From: Dictyostelium discoideum
Taxonomy: Eukaryota
Length of the DNA stretch: 64,000 nt
Direction of reading: 5' to 3'
Assembly (NCBI GenBank): GCA_000004695.1
Contig: CM000153.2
Coordinates: 1,504,001 to 1,568,000, forward strand
Part shown: in pieces, positions 1 through 21,707 of the stretch
Layout: every line of letters starts with the position of its first letter
Numbering within the stretch: position 1 is the first letter of the stretch
Translations under genes and position numbers: made by a program
The notes under the pieces: generated by a model
The model's input: only the letters and a program-made list of their open reading frames with translations
Told to the model about the DNA's origin: nothing
Database searches by the model: none

Positions 1-2
1 CA

Positions 3-2100
3 TTGGTCAGCAAGGAGCTCTATGAAATCGTAATGAAACATGGTGAGAGATTGGAGAGTGTCATTGATTATTATCGTGATTTCGATTACGATTTCTTTGG
101 ATTCAAAACATTGGAACGTTCCTATCTTCATCGTATCAATGGTAAAATTGTCGAGCGTCCACAACACATGTTGATGCGTGTCTCCATTGGTATCCATGGC
201 GAAGACCTCGAATCTGCCATCAACACCTACAAACGTTTGTCTGAGAAATTGTTCACTCATGCCACACCAACTCTATTCAACGCAGGTACACCATCACCAC
301 AAATGTCATCTTGTTTCTTGGTTCAAATGAAGGAGGATTCAATCGATGGTATTTATGACACTTTGAAACAATGTGCACTCATTTCAAAGAGTGCCGGTGG
401 TATTGGTATTGCAGTTCATAAGATTCGTGCTGCTCAAAGTTATATTCGTGGTACCAATGGTACAAGCAATGGTTTGGTGCCAATGCTTCGTGTTTTCAAT
501 GATACTGCTCGTTACGTCGATCAAGGTGGTGGCAAGAGAAAGGGTGCCTTTGCCGTTTACTTGGAACCATGGCACGCTGATGTCTTTGAATTTATTGATC
601 TAAAGAAAAACACTGGTAAGGAAGAGATGAGAGCTAGAGATCTATTCTATGCTCTTTGGGTTAGTGATATTTTTATGGAACGTGTCGAACAAAATGGCGA
701 TTGGGCCCTCTTTTGTCCAAATGAAGCACCAGGTCTTGCTGAAACTCACTCAGAGGAACATCGTGCTCTCTATTTGAAATACGAAGCAACACCTGACCTC
801 CCAAGACGTGTCATTAAAGCTCAAGAACTTTGGTTCGCCATTATGGAGTCTCAAGTTGAAACTGGTACTCCATTCATTTTGTACAAGGATGCCTGTAATG
901 CTAAATCCAATCAAAAGAATTTAGGTACCATTAGTAGTAGTAATCTTTGTACCGAGATCATTCAATACACATCACCAGATGAAATCGCCGTTTGTAATCT
1001 TGCCTCTATAGCACTTCCAAAGTTTGTTCGTCAAAAAGTAGGCTCAACCGATCCAAAAGAAAAAGAGTTTGACCATCAATTCCTATTTGAAATCACAAAG
1101 TTAATAACCGTCAATCTTAACGTTATCATCGATCGTAACTATTATCCAGTGGCTGAGGCTAAAACTTCAAATCTTAGACATCGTCCAATTGGTATTGGTA
1201 TTCAAGGTTTGGCCGATGTTTTCATTAAAATGCGTATGCCTTTCGATAGTGTTGCCGCCGCTAAATTAAATGTTGAAATCGCCGAAACCATTTACTTTGC
1301 CGCTTTGACTGCCTCTCATGAATTGGCGATCCGTGATGGTACCTATGAATCTTTCAAAGGTTCACCAGCTTCCAAAGGTATCCTCCAATTTGATATGTGG
1401 AATGTTACACCAAGTTCTCGTTGGAATTGGGCAGAGCTAAAGGATAACATTGTCAATAAGGGTGGTTTACGTAATTCACTCCTCATTGCACCAATGCCAA
1501 CCGCTTCAACAAGTCAAATCCTTGGTAACAATGAATGCTTTGAACCTTACACTTCCAACATTTACAGTCGTCGTGTTTTAGCAGGTGAATTCACAATTGT
1601 CAACAAACAATTACTCGAAGATCTCATGGAATTGGGCATTTGGTCACCAGAGATGAAGAATCAAATCGTTGCTGCACGTGGTTCCATTCAATCCATCGGT
1701 GGCATCCCTGATGATTTGAAAGAACTCTATAAAACAGTTTGGGAAATCCGTCAAAGAACTCTCATCGATATGGCTGCTGATCGTGGTGCTTTCATCGATC
1801 AAAGTCAAAGTTTCAATGTTTTCATTGCTGAACCAACCTTTGCTAAACTCACCTCAATGCATTTCTACTCATGGAAGAAAGGTTTAAAGACTGGTATGTA
1901 CTATCTTCGTACTCGTCCTGCCGCTGATGCAATTCAATTCACTGTTGATCCAATCGTATCTCAAACTCCAAAACCAGTTGAAAATAATATAAACTCAACT
2001 ACACCACTTAAAACTCCAACTAAAACTCCAAACTCTTCAAATCGTATCTCTACTAGTCCAACTAATAATTTAACAAGTCCAATTCGTTTTAATATAACCC

Positions 2101-2138
<38 letters not shown>

Positions 2139-2219
2139 AATAATAATGAAGATGATTTGGCTAATTATGATGGTATGACTTGTCGTCGTGAAGAAGGTTG
2201 TTTAGTTTGTGGTAGTTAA
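3..2219 (+). CDS. rnrA: Ribonucleotide-diphosphate reductase large (alpha) subunit, class I. 3' portion only; the gene starts upstream of the window.
   Basis: Continuous 738-aa ORF with class I RNR motifs: NLCTEI with the active-site Cys, CNLASIAL, the C-terminal CxxC tail (CLVCGS) and the PAADAIQF... region. It is open at the window edge with no start codon. A (CAA)n poly-Q tract lies near the C-terminus. Confidence 0.9.
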
Positions 2220-2684
2220 AAAAAAAAGAAAAAAAAAAAAAAACAATCAGAAAAGATTTAAGAAAAAAAAAAAAAAAAAAAAAAAAAATCAGAAAAGATT
2301 TAAGAAAAAAAAAAAAAAATGAAAAAAAAAAGCAATTTATGTTAAAACAATTTTGTATAAAAAAAAAAAAAAAAAAAAAAAAAGAAAATTAAATATTTTA
2401 ATAATAATAATATAATTTAATAATCATCAAGTTATGGAAAAAAAAATAAAAAAAAAAATAAAAAACAAAAAAAATTTTTAAAAAAAAAAAAGGAGATTTT
2501 AAAAATGATCCACCCAAAGACAAAGTTTGTAAAATTAATTATTTTGATTATAAGAAATGATTCGTGCCAAAGATTTTTATTTTTATTTTTTTCTTTTCTT
2601 TTTTTTTTTTATTTTTTATTTTCACTTTTTTTTTTATTTTTTATTTTTTTTTTCATGCAAATCTGAAGATTTTTGATCAATTTC

Positions 2685-2715
<31 letters not shown>

Positions 2716-2776
2716 GAAATTATTTTTTAAAATAAAAAAATCATAAAATTAAATTTAAAGATAATAATAAAAAAAA

Positions 2777-3852
2777 ATGAAATTTATAACATTTCCAATT
2801 TTATTTTTAATTTTTTTAAACCTTTTAAATTATATTCAATCACAATCAATTCAAAATAATAATTTTTTAAATATATTAGAAAATGATACAGCAACAAGTT
2901 TACTTAAAAATGTTTATAATATAACAATTGATAAAAGTATAGATATTTGCAAGTTTAGGGGATTTTTTAAATGTGGTCAATATGATCCTTATCAACCAAA
3001 AATATATTCAATAAATTATATAAATTTACCTCAACATAGAATAGGTGTTAACCATATAATTGAAGAGGATTTAACAGTTTTTACACATCTTTCAATTTTA
3101 AAAGTATCAGGTGGAATTCAATTATCAACTTCATTTTTTGATAATATTACTAAATTAAATTATTTAACTGATATGTATGTATTTATAAATTATTTTTTTC
3201 CAGTTTTTTTTTATTTAAATTCTTTTTTTTAATTCTTTTTTTTAATTAAAATATAAAGAAATATAAATAATCAAAGTCAACCAATTTCAAATAATACAAA
3301 ATTACCAGAATCATTAAATAAAGTATTTTTTAATTATTTATCAGTTAAATTAGGAAATGGTTGGTTTGAGTCAAATATAACTGAATTAACAATAGTTAGA
3401 CCTCAAATTGGATATGGGTTACCAAATAAATTAAATAAATACAATGATAGATTATTGAAATTAAATTTAGCTTTAACTCATTATTATCCAAGTTTACCAT
3501 TAAGAATGGGTCAATATTTATTAAATCTAACATATTTAGAATTTGCTATTTTCAATGACATTTCTTTAAATCAAGATTATAAGAATTTTACTATTCCAAC
3601 TTTTACAAACCCATTTAAAAAACTTGATAAATTTGTTGTTATTTTTTATAACAGTAGAGAAAAATATCAAATATTTAATATAGTATCGTCATTTTTAAAT
3701 TTATCAACATCTTTAACAAATTTTCAAACATTTGGTTTGGGTTTTGAAATTTCACCAAATATTAGTTTACTTGATTTTTCTTATTTAAATCCAGGTTTTA
3801 ATTTGTAAGATTCTTTTTTATTTTATGCATTCCAAAAATAATTACAATATTA

Positions 3853-3884
<32 letters not shown>

Positions 3885-5678
3885 AAAAAAAAAGTAATAT
3901 CGAAACTTGTAGTTTAATTGAAAAATGTAAAAATAATTGCTTTAAATTACCAGAAAGTTCATCATTAAGAACATTTGGATGTTCATATAATATTAGTTTA
4001 ATTAATTTTAATAATATTTCAAGTATAGAGGTGCAATATAATAATTTTCTTCAAAAATTACCAACCAATTTCAATGAAACAAAATTAAAAAATTTAATAA
4101 TTCAAGATTCAACAGTAAGTATATTAAATGTTTTTTAATATTATTAATATTTTTTTATAATTGTAAATAATAATAATTTATTTTTTATTATAATTTTAGA
4201 TTTTTGGATCAATTCCAAAAAGTTATTGTTCAATTAGTTCAATTAAAATTAATTATTTAAAAATAGATGGAGAAATACCATCATGTTTTCAATGTTTGGG
4301 TGGTGAAAAAGGTGGTGAGATGATATTACCAAATCAATTTTTAGATTTTGGTTACTATGTAGATCCAGTCTGTAAAAACTTTAAAGTATTTGAAACCTTT
4401 GATAAAGTATTTTTAGTTGATACAAATGGTACTAATATTTATATAACTGGTGTCGATTTGGGATGGGATATTAAAAGTATCAGTAATAATGATAATAATA
4501 ATTATAATAGTAATAATAATAATAACAACAATAATAATGTCTATTTTATAATACCAAATAGTAAATTTGTAATTGAAATTCCAATTGGAGTTGGAGTTAA
4601 TCATTCAACTACTTTTACATTTGAAAATACAAAAATTTCAAAAACTCTTTATTATAATTATAAACCACCAATAATTTCACATTATTCTTGTTTTACTGAT
4701 GAATATGGTATTGAAAAATTGGTTCTATATGGTAGTGGTTTCGATTTTACTGGTAATGGTAATATACTTTTAGTTAATAATAATTTTCCATTCATTACTT
4801 ACACTGACATTGAAAGTGGTACTATATCATCCCCATATTTTGATTTTATTCATCAACAACTAGTCGAGGGCCAAAGTTATAATTTTACAATATCAGTTGG
4901 TGGTCAAAAATCAAATATGACTACTTTTTATTATTTTAAATCAATTACTATTAATAACGAAAACAATAATGCAACTATAAAATTAAATAACACTGGTGGA
5001 TTCATTCAATTGAATGGTACATTCTCAACATTTGATCGTAATTTAGTATCAGTTAAAATTAATGGTATTCCATTGAGAGTAGTAGATGTTACAAATTCAA
5101 CATTACTTTTAATTTATCCACCAATAACTCTAATCAATAGTAATTATAATAAAACTGCAAATTATAGTGGTTTAAATTTAATTTTAAATGTTGGTGGACA
5201 TCAATATAAAACTATTATTGATTTTATTTATAATCCTGATGCATCAAATGAAACAGATAAAATATTCCCAATTCCAAGACCACCACATATAATAACACCA
5301 AATCCAACCACACCAAATAATACAAGCAATGAACCAATTCCAAATCCAACGGAACCAAATAATACAAGTAGTGAACCAATTCCAATACCAATACCAAATA
5401 ATATAACAACAGGAGGAAATAATAATACAACCACTGGTTTTGATACAATTACAGAGGGTGGGGGTTTCACGACAACAGTGGATAAGGTAATATCCAGTAG
5501 TCAAACTATAACAGGTAATGGGATAACTACAAGTACCAACATCAATGGTGAAATAGTTAGTGGAGCAACAACTAATGGAATAACACAAAATAGACCTACA
5601 GGATTTGAGATTTCAACATTTTTATTAACAACCATCTCATTCGATAATAGTGTAAATAATCACAAAAAAAATAAATAA
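2777..5678 (+). CDS. Secreted or membrane-anchored surface protein with LRR-like N-terminal repeats, IPT/TIG-like beta-domains and a Ser/Thr/Pro-rich stalk. Four exons: 2777-3174, 3259-3804, 3913-4114, 4200-5678.
   Basis: Signal peptide MKFITFPILFLIFLNLLNYIQSQ. Splice phases are consistent throughout. Exon 1 ends at a GTATGT donor in phase 2 and exon 2 starts after an ..aaag acceptor. The next donor is GTAAGA in phase 2, joining a ttgtag acceptor. The last donor is GTAAGT in phase 0, joining an attttag acceptor. Plant-type LRR signature (L.I..N.L.G.IP, e.g. IFGSIPKSYCSISSIKINYLKIDGEIPS). Many N-glycosylation sequons. PTTPNNTSNEPIPNP stalk and a short hydrophobic C-terminus. The three ORF-track pieces 2777-3232, 3455-3808 and 4296-5678 are all in compatible frames. 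Confidence 0.6.
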
Positions 5679-5746
5679 AATTCCAAATTAATTAATTAAT
5701 TATTATTACTTTTTTTTTTTTATAAAATTTTAATAGTTTATATTTA

Positions 5747-5779
<33 letters not shown>

Positions 5780-5860
5780 AAGAAATGAATATTATTTATT
5801 TCCTTGGAGGTGGGAAAAAAAAAAAATAGATTATAATTGTTTTGTTTTTTGTTTTTTTTT

Positions 5861-16159
<10,299 letters not shown>

Positions 16160-16613
16160 TTTATTTTTTTATATTTTTTTATATTTTCTTTTTTTATTTA
16201 CTAATTTTTTTTTTTTTTTTAATATTTTTTTTTTTTAATAATAAAATAAATAATTAAAAAAAAATAATAATGGTCGAATATTAAAAAAATAAATAAATAA
16301 AAAAAAAAAAGTATAAAAAAAAAAAAAAAAAAAAAAAATTAAACAAAAAAATTTGAAAGATATAAAAAGAATAAATATATTTTTAAAAATTAAATAAAAA
16401 TTAAAAAATTAAAAAATAAAAAAAATAAAAATAAATAAAAAAAAATAAAAAATGATAGCCAACAACTTTAATTGGAGTTGTGTGCTAAAGAGTGGTGTGT
16501 GTTTAAAAAAAAAAAAAAAAAAAAAAATAATTATAAAATAAAATAATAAAATAAAATGAAATAATACAAAATGAGTGATGATTAAAACATATATACGAAA
16601 AATATAAAATAGA

Positions 16614-16647
<34 letters not shown>

Positions 16648-16953
16648 TAATTTATAAAATAAAATAAAATAAAAAAAAATTAATTAAAAAAGGAGAAAAT
16701 TAAAAAATTATAATTTAAAATTTTATTTTATAAAAGAATAAAAATAATAATATTAATAATAATAATAAAAAAGGAAAATAAGTGGAGCTAAAAAAGGGTT
16801 GTTTGTTGTTAAAATTACATCGTTAAACTCTGTATGAAATGAGAAACAAAAAAAAAAAAAAAACCTCAGTTTTTAAAGATTTATTTATTAAATTTGATTT
16901 TGACACACTCCTACATACATACCCCACCAAAAACACAATCAAACTAATTTCTT

Positions 16954-16961
<8 letters not shown>

Positions 16962-17021
<60 letters not shown>
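16962..17021. repeat. Homopolymer run of about 60 T. The minus strand reads it as A.
   Basis: Read directly. It lies in the intergenic region between the histidine-kinase start at 16159 and the saposin-gene start at 17553. Confidence 0.95.
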
Positions 17022-17022
<1 letters not shown>

Positions 17023-17552
17023 TTAACCCCGGAACCCCCACACTACTGATGATAATAATAACAAAAATTAACACCATGCAAACCATAAAAAATATAAAAA
17101 TAATAAAAAATTATTAATACAAAAAAAAAAAAAAATTAAAAAAAAGTTTTATAAGAAATAAATGAAAATCATCACAACACTCGTGTATTTGAGGTGTGAG
17201 ATATATTTTAAATAAAAAATAAAGAAATGAAAAAATCAATCAAAAAAAAAAAAAAAAAAAGTGATGGGAAAGTGTTGAGTTTGAAATGGATGATCGAGTA
17301 AAATAAAAAATAAAAATAAAAAAAATAAAAAAAAAAACTGAAAAAACTCTTTGGAAAAAATATCTTTTGGAAAAATGAAAATAATTTTCTTTTTTTTTTT
17401 ATTTTTTTTTTTTATTTTTTTTTTTTTCTCATTTTTTTTTTTTTTTAAATTTCATTTCCGCAATTTGAATCACTCTTTCACTTTTTTTTTTATTATTATT
17501 ATAATTATTATTGTTATAATTTGTATTATTATTAAAAAAAAAAAAAAAAAAA

Positions 17553-17783
17553 ATGAAATCAATTTTTTTGATTTGTTTATTAGTCATTGCAAGTTTATTC
17601 ATTGGAAATAGTTTTGCCAATGATTCAATTAAAGCAGATGCACTCGAATGTGAAATGTGTAATTTCGTTACTGGATGGGCAGAAGAATTTGTTACTAAAA
17701 ATGCAACAGAACAAGAAATCATCCAAAAATTAGAAGATGCATGCAATATATTACCAAAAGAATATGCTCAAGATGTATTTATC

Positions 17784-17827
<44 letters not shown>

Positions 17828-19257
17828 TTATTACTCACACACTTTCGTTTTTTCATTTTTATAATTTTTATTTTTATTATTTTTATAATTTTTATAATTT
17901 TTATTTTTAGTGTGTTGAAATTATTAATAATTATGGTGTTTTAATGGTTAGATTATTAATTAATAGAGAAAGTCCAGAAAATGTATGTTTAATGATGGAA
18001 TTATGTTCAAAATCATCAAGTGAATTAATAATGCCAATTAATGTTGTTGCTGTTGGAGATGAAGTAGATAATGTTGAAGGAAGTGGAGAATGTTTAGTTT
18101 GTGAATTTATTTCAGAAAAGATTGTAACTTATTTAGAAGCAAATCAAACTGAAACTCAAATTTTACAATATTTAGATAACGATTGTAAACTCCTTAAATC
18201 TGATAACTGGATTTCAACATGTCAAAATTTAATTCAAGAATATGAACCACAAATTATTGCAGTTGTTGAAGGATTCATGGCACCAAGTGAACTTTGTCAA
18301 AAAATTAAATTCTGTTCATCATCATCATCAACCAATGATTTCGATTTTATTGGTAGTAGTACAACTGATTGTGAAATTTGTACATTTATTTCAGGATATG
18401 CTGAAAATTTCTTGGAAGAAAATAAAACACTTGAAGATATAATTAAAGTTGTTGATGATTTCTGTAAAATTCTTCCAGCTGCTTATAAAACTGATTGTGT
18501 AGCTATGGCTTCTAATTATATTCCAGCAATTATTAAAATGTTGGAAAATGATAATTCACCAGGTCAAGTTTGTCAAAAACTTAATCTTTGTCCAGCACCA
18601 ACTCCAACTTCAACACCTTCAACAATCAAGATTGATGTGAATATTAATAAATGTGAAATTTGTGAAACTGTAATTGGTTTTGCTGAAAAATATTTAGGTT
18701 CAGCATTAGATTCTCAAACTGTAAAGACATTCCTCCAAAATGAATGTAACAAACTTCCAGGTGTTGTTGGTGATGTTTGTAATGAAGTTGTAAATGAATA
18801 TCTTGAATTTGCAGTCACTCAACTCGAAGCTAAATTTAACCCAACTGAAATTTGTCAATTATTTTCATTCTGTACTGCTGGATCTGAATCATCAGATGCA
18901 TCTGAAATCAAAATTAATAACAACTCATATATTGATTGTCAAATTTGTGAAGTTTTAGCAAATTTCGTAGTCTATGATAAGAATTATACAACTCATTTCG
19001 AAGATAAACTCAATAAATTATGTAGTTGTTTATCTCGTAGTTTAATTGAACCATGTCTTAACTTTGTTTCACAATATGGTTCTGATCTTGTACAAATCAT
19101 CGTTCAAGGTGGTGAATCAGCTGCTGAGGCTTGTAATCAAATAGCTCAATGTCCAACCTCTTCAAGTTCATCATACTCTGGTTCTGCTTCAGGTGCTTCC
19201 TCAGGTTCTGCTTCAGGTTCTGCCTCAGGTTCTGGTTCAGGTGGTTATTTATTCTAA
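17553..19257 (+). CDS. Prosaposin-like secreted protein with five saposin-B (SapB) domains. Two exons: 17553-17774 and 17911-19257.
   Basis: Signal peptide MKSIFLICLLVIASLFIGNSFA. Each domain has the six-Cys saposin pattern C-x2-C...C-x10-C...C-x5-C. The 136-bp intron (gtattt...tttttag) splits the first SapB domain between Cys3 and Cys4 in phase 0. Joining restores the spacing ...DACNILPKEYAQD|CVEIINNYGVLMVRLLINRESPENVCLMMELC. GS-rich C-terminal tail. Confidence 0.75.
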
Positions 19258-19364
19258 AAAAAAAAAAAAAAAAAAACTTTAAAAACTTTTAAAAACAAAT
19301 AATAAACACAAATACTTTTTTTAAAAATATTTTACATAATTATATTTATTTCTATATTTTTTTT

Positions 19365-19980
19365 TTATTTTGAAGAAACTAATGAAAAAGTTGTATCTAT
19401 TGATGATTTCATATTTAAAATTTTAAAATTATTTTTTTGAAAGAATTCATTTTTTTCAGGGATTGAATAAACTTTTAATTGATCAATTGAATCACCAAAA
19501 CCTAAACAACCATGTTGACCAAAACCCCAACCGTAAAATATACCATTTCCATTCTCATTAATTGGTAATGAAACACAATGATCCGATCCAAATGAAATAT
19601 GTCTAGTACCAGTACTATTGGTTAATGTATTTAATAAAGTTGGAATTAATAAATCATCTTTTTGATTTGAACCTAACCCTAATTTACCATCACCACTCGA
19701 GCCCCAAATATAAACATTATTATCAGATAAGATTGCAGCAGAAACACAAGAACCACATGAAATATCTAAAACTTTTAAATTATTTGGAATTTTAATCTTT
19801 GTAATTGGTGAAACTTTTGTTTTAATTCCAGTACCACATTGACCATGCTGATTTGAACCCCATGATAATAATTCACCATCTGATGTTAATAATAATGTAT
19901 GACCCCATCCACTTGATAATTTTTTAATTTCAATATTATTTAATGATTTATTTTCAATTGGTTCAATAATTAATTTACCA

Positions 19981-20011
<31 letters not shown>

Positions 20012-20669
20012 GTAGAATTCCATTACATTGACCACGATCATTCATTCCAAATATATAAACACCATTATCAACTGTTGAAACTATTGAAAAATCAAAACCA
20101 CATGAAATTGCATTGACTTTTTTGCCTTTTAAAATTTCAATTTCTTTTGGTTGATTAATAGTTTCAACAATAGAATCTTTATTATTATTATTAGGGATAT
20201 GACCACATTGTATTCTTGAATTCCAACCAAACGAATAAGTTTTATTATTATTTGTTGATATTATTGTATGAAATGAACCACATTCAACATTTTCAATTTT
20301 AATTTCTTCTTCTTTTCCTTGTTGTTGTTGTTGTTGTTGTTGGAATATTAATTTATTTTCTATTGGTTTAAAATGATTTATAAAATTACCTAATCCTAAT
20401 TGACCAAATTTATTTTCACCCCAAACATGAATGCTATTATCTTTTACAAGTAATGCATGATAAGATCCAGTTTTAATTTTATCATTCTCTGTTAAAATAA
20501 TATCTTTGTCGAATTCGATTTGTTTTGGTGTGAATTGCTCAACTACCTTATCACCTAATCCCAATTGACCACACCAACCACTACCAAATGAAAATAGTTT
20601 TATACCATTAGATAATGATGATGTTTGATTTGTATTTTTAATTAAACTTTTAAAACTTAATTTAAACAT
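19365..20669 (-). CDS. RCC1-repeat (regulator of chromosome condensation-like beta-propeller) protein, 434 aa, single exon.
   Basis: Repeated RCC1 blade signatures: GSGWCGQLGLGD, HVWGENKFGQLGLGN, YSFGWNSRIQCGH, YIFGMNDRGQCNG, LSWGSNQHGQCGTG, YIWGSSGDGKLGLG, FYGWGFGQHGCLGFGD. Confidence 0.8.
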
Positions 20670-21707
20670 TTCCTTTTTTTAAAAATTGAAAAATAAAAAA
20701 AGGTTGAGAAAAATGAAGCCTAAAAAAATTTAAAAAACATAAAACGAAAAAAAAAATGTGAAAAATTTATTTTTGTTTAGAAAAAATAGTATTGTTTTTT
20801 TTTTTTATGCACCTACCCCTATTAAAATAACTATTTAGCAAAAGTAATTGGCAATCATTTATCAATATTCAAATTTGACATAAAAAATAAATAAATAAAT
20901 ATACCAATTAAACCATATCAATTATTTGTTTTTTTTTTTTTTTTTTTTTTCTGGAAATATTTTTTAAATAAAATATATTCCTCTGGTTGTTCTTCAAAAT
21001 AAAAAAAACAATTACAAAAATGAATGATATCATTTTTGGTAAATTAAAATTTATATTTAATTTTAAATTTTAAATTTTTTGGTTAAAAAAAAAAAAAAAA
21101 CAGAATGACTATATTCATTTTTTTTTAAAAAAAAAAAAAAAAAAAACAGAATGACTATATTCATTTTTTTTTTATTTCTATTTATATTATTTTGTGTATT
21201 TTTGAGAGTTCTAGTTATCTATAGTCAATTCCAAAAAAAATAAAATAAAATAAAATAAATAAAAAAAATTAAAATAAATAAAAAAAAATAAATAAAAAAA
21301 AATAAATAAATAATTAAATAAATAATTTTTTTATTTTTTTTATTTTTATTTTTATTTTTTTATTCATCATTATTTCATTTTTAAAATTAAATAATTTAAT
21401 TAAATTTGTATAAAAAACCTTTTTTAAATTTTTTTTTTTAATTTTTTTTTTTAATATTTGAATAAAAAAGTGAGAAAAATTTCTTTCGTTTCGCTAAAAT
21501 TAAAAAAAAAATAAAAAAAAAAAAAAAAAAAAATTAAAAAAAACTTTTGTCGTATTCTTTTTTTTTTTTTTTTTTTATTTTTTTAAATTTCCATTCAGTT
21601 ATTTTTATTTTATTTTTTTATTTTTTTATTTTTTTTCTATTTCGGATATATATAAATTAATTAATTAATTAAATTAATTAAATTAATTAATTGGAAAAAA
21701 AAAAAAA

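Noticed and set aside
17351-17944. ORFs 17351-17611, 17429-17746, 17741-17944 with poly-F or poly-K strings
   Set aside because: They are translations of the A/T homopolymer promoter tract and of the saposin intron. The real gene on this stretch is the two-exon saposin gene in a different arrangement.
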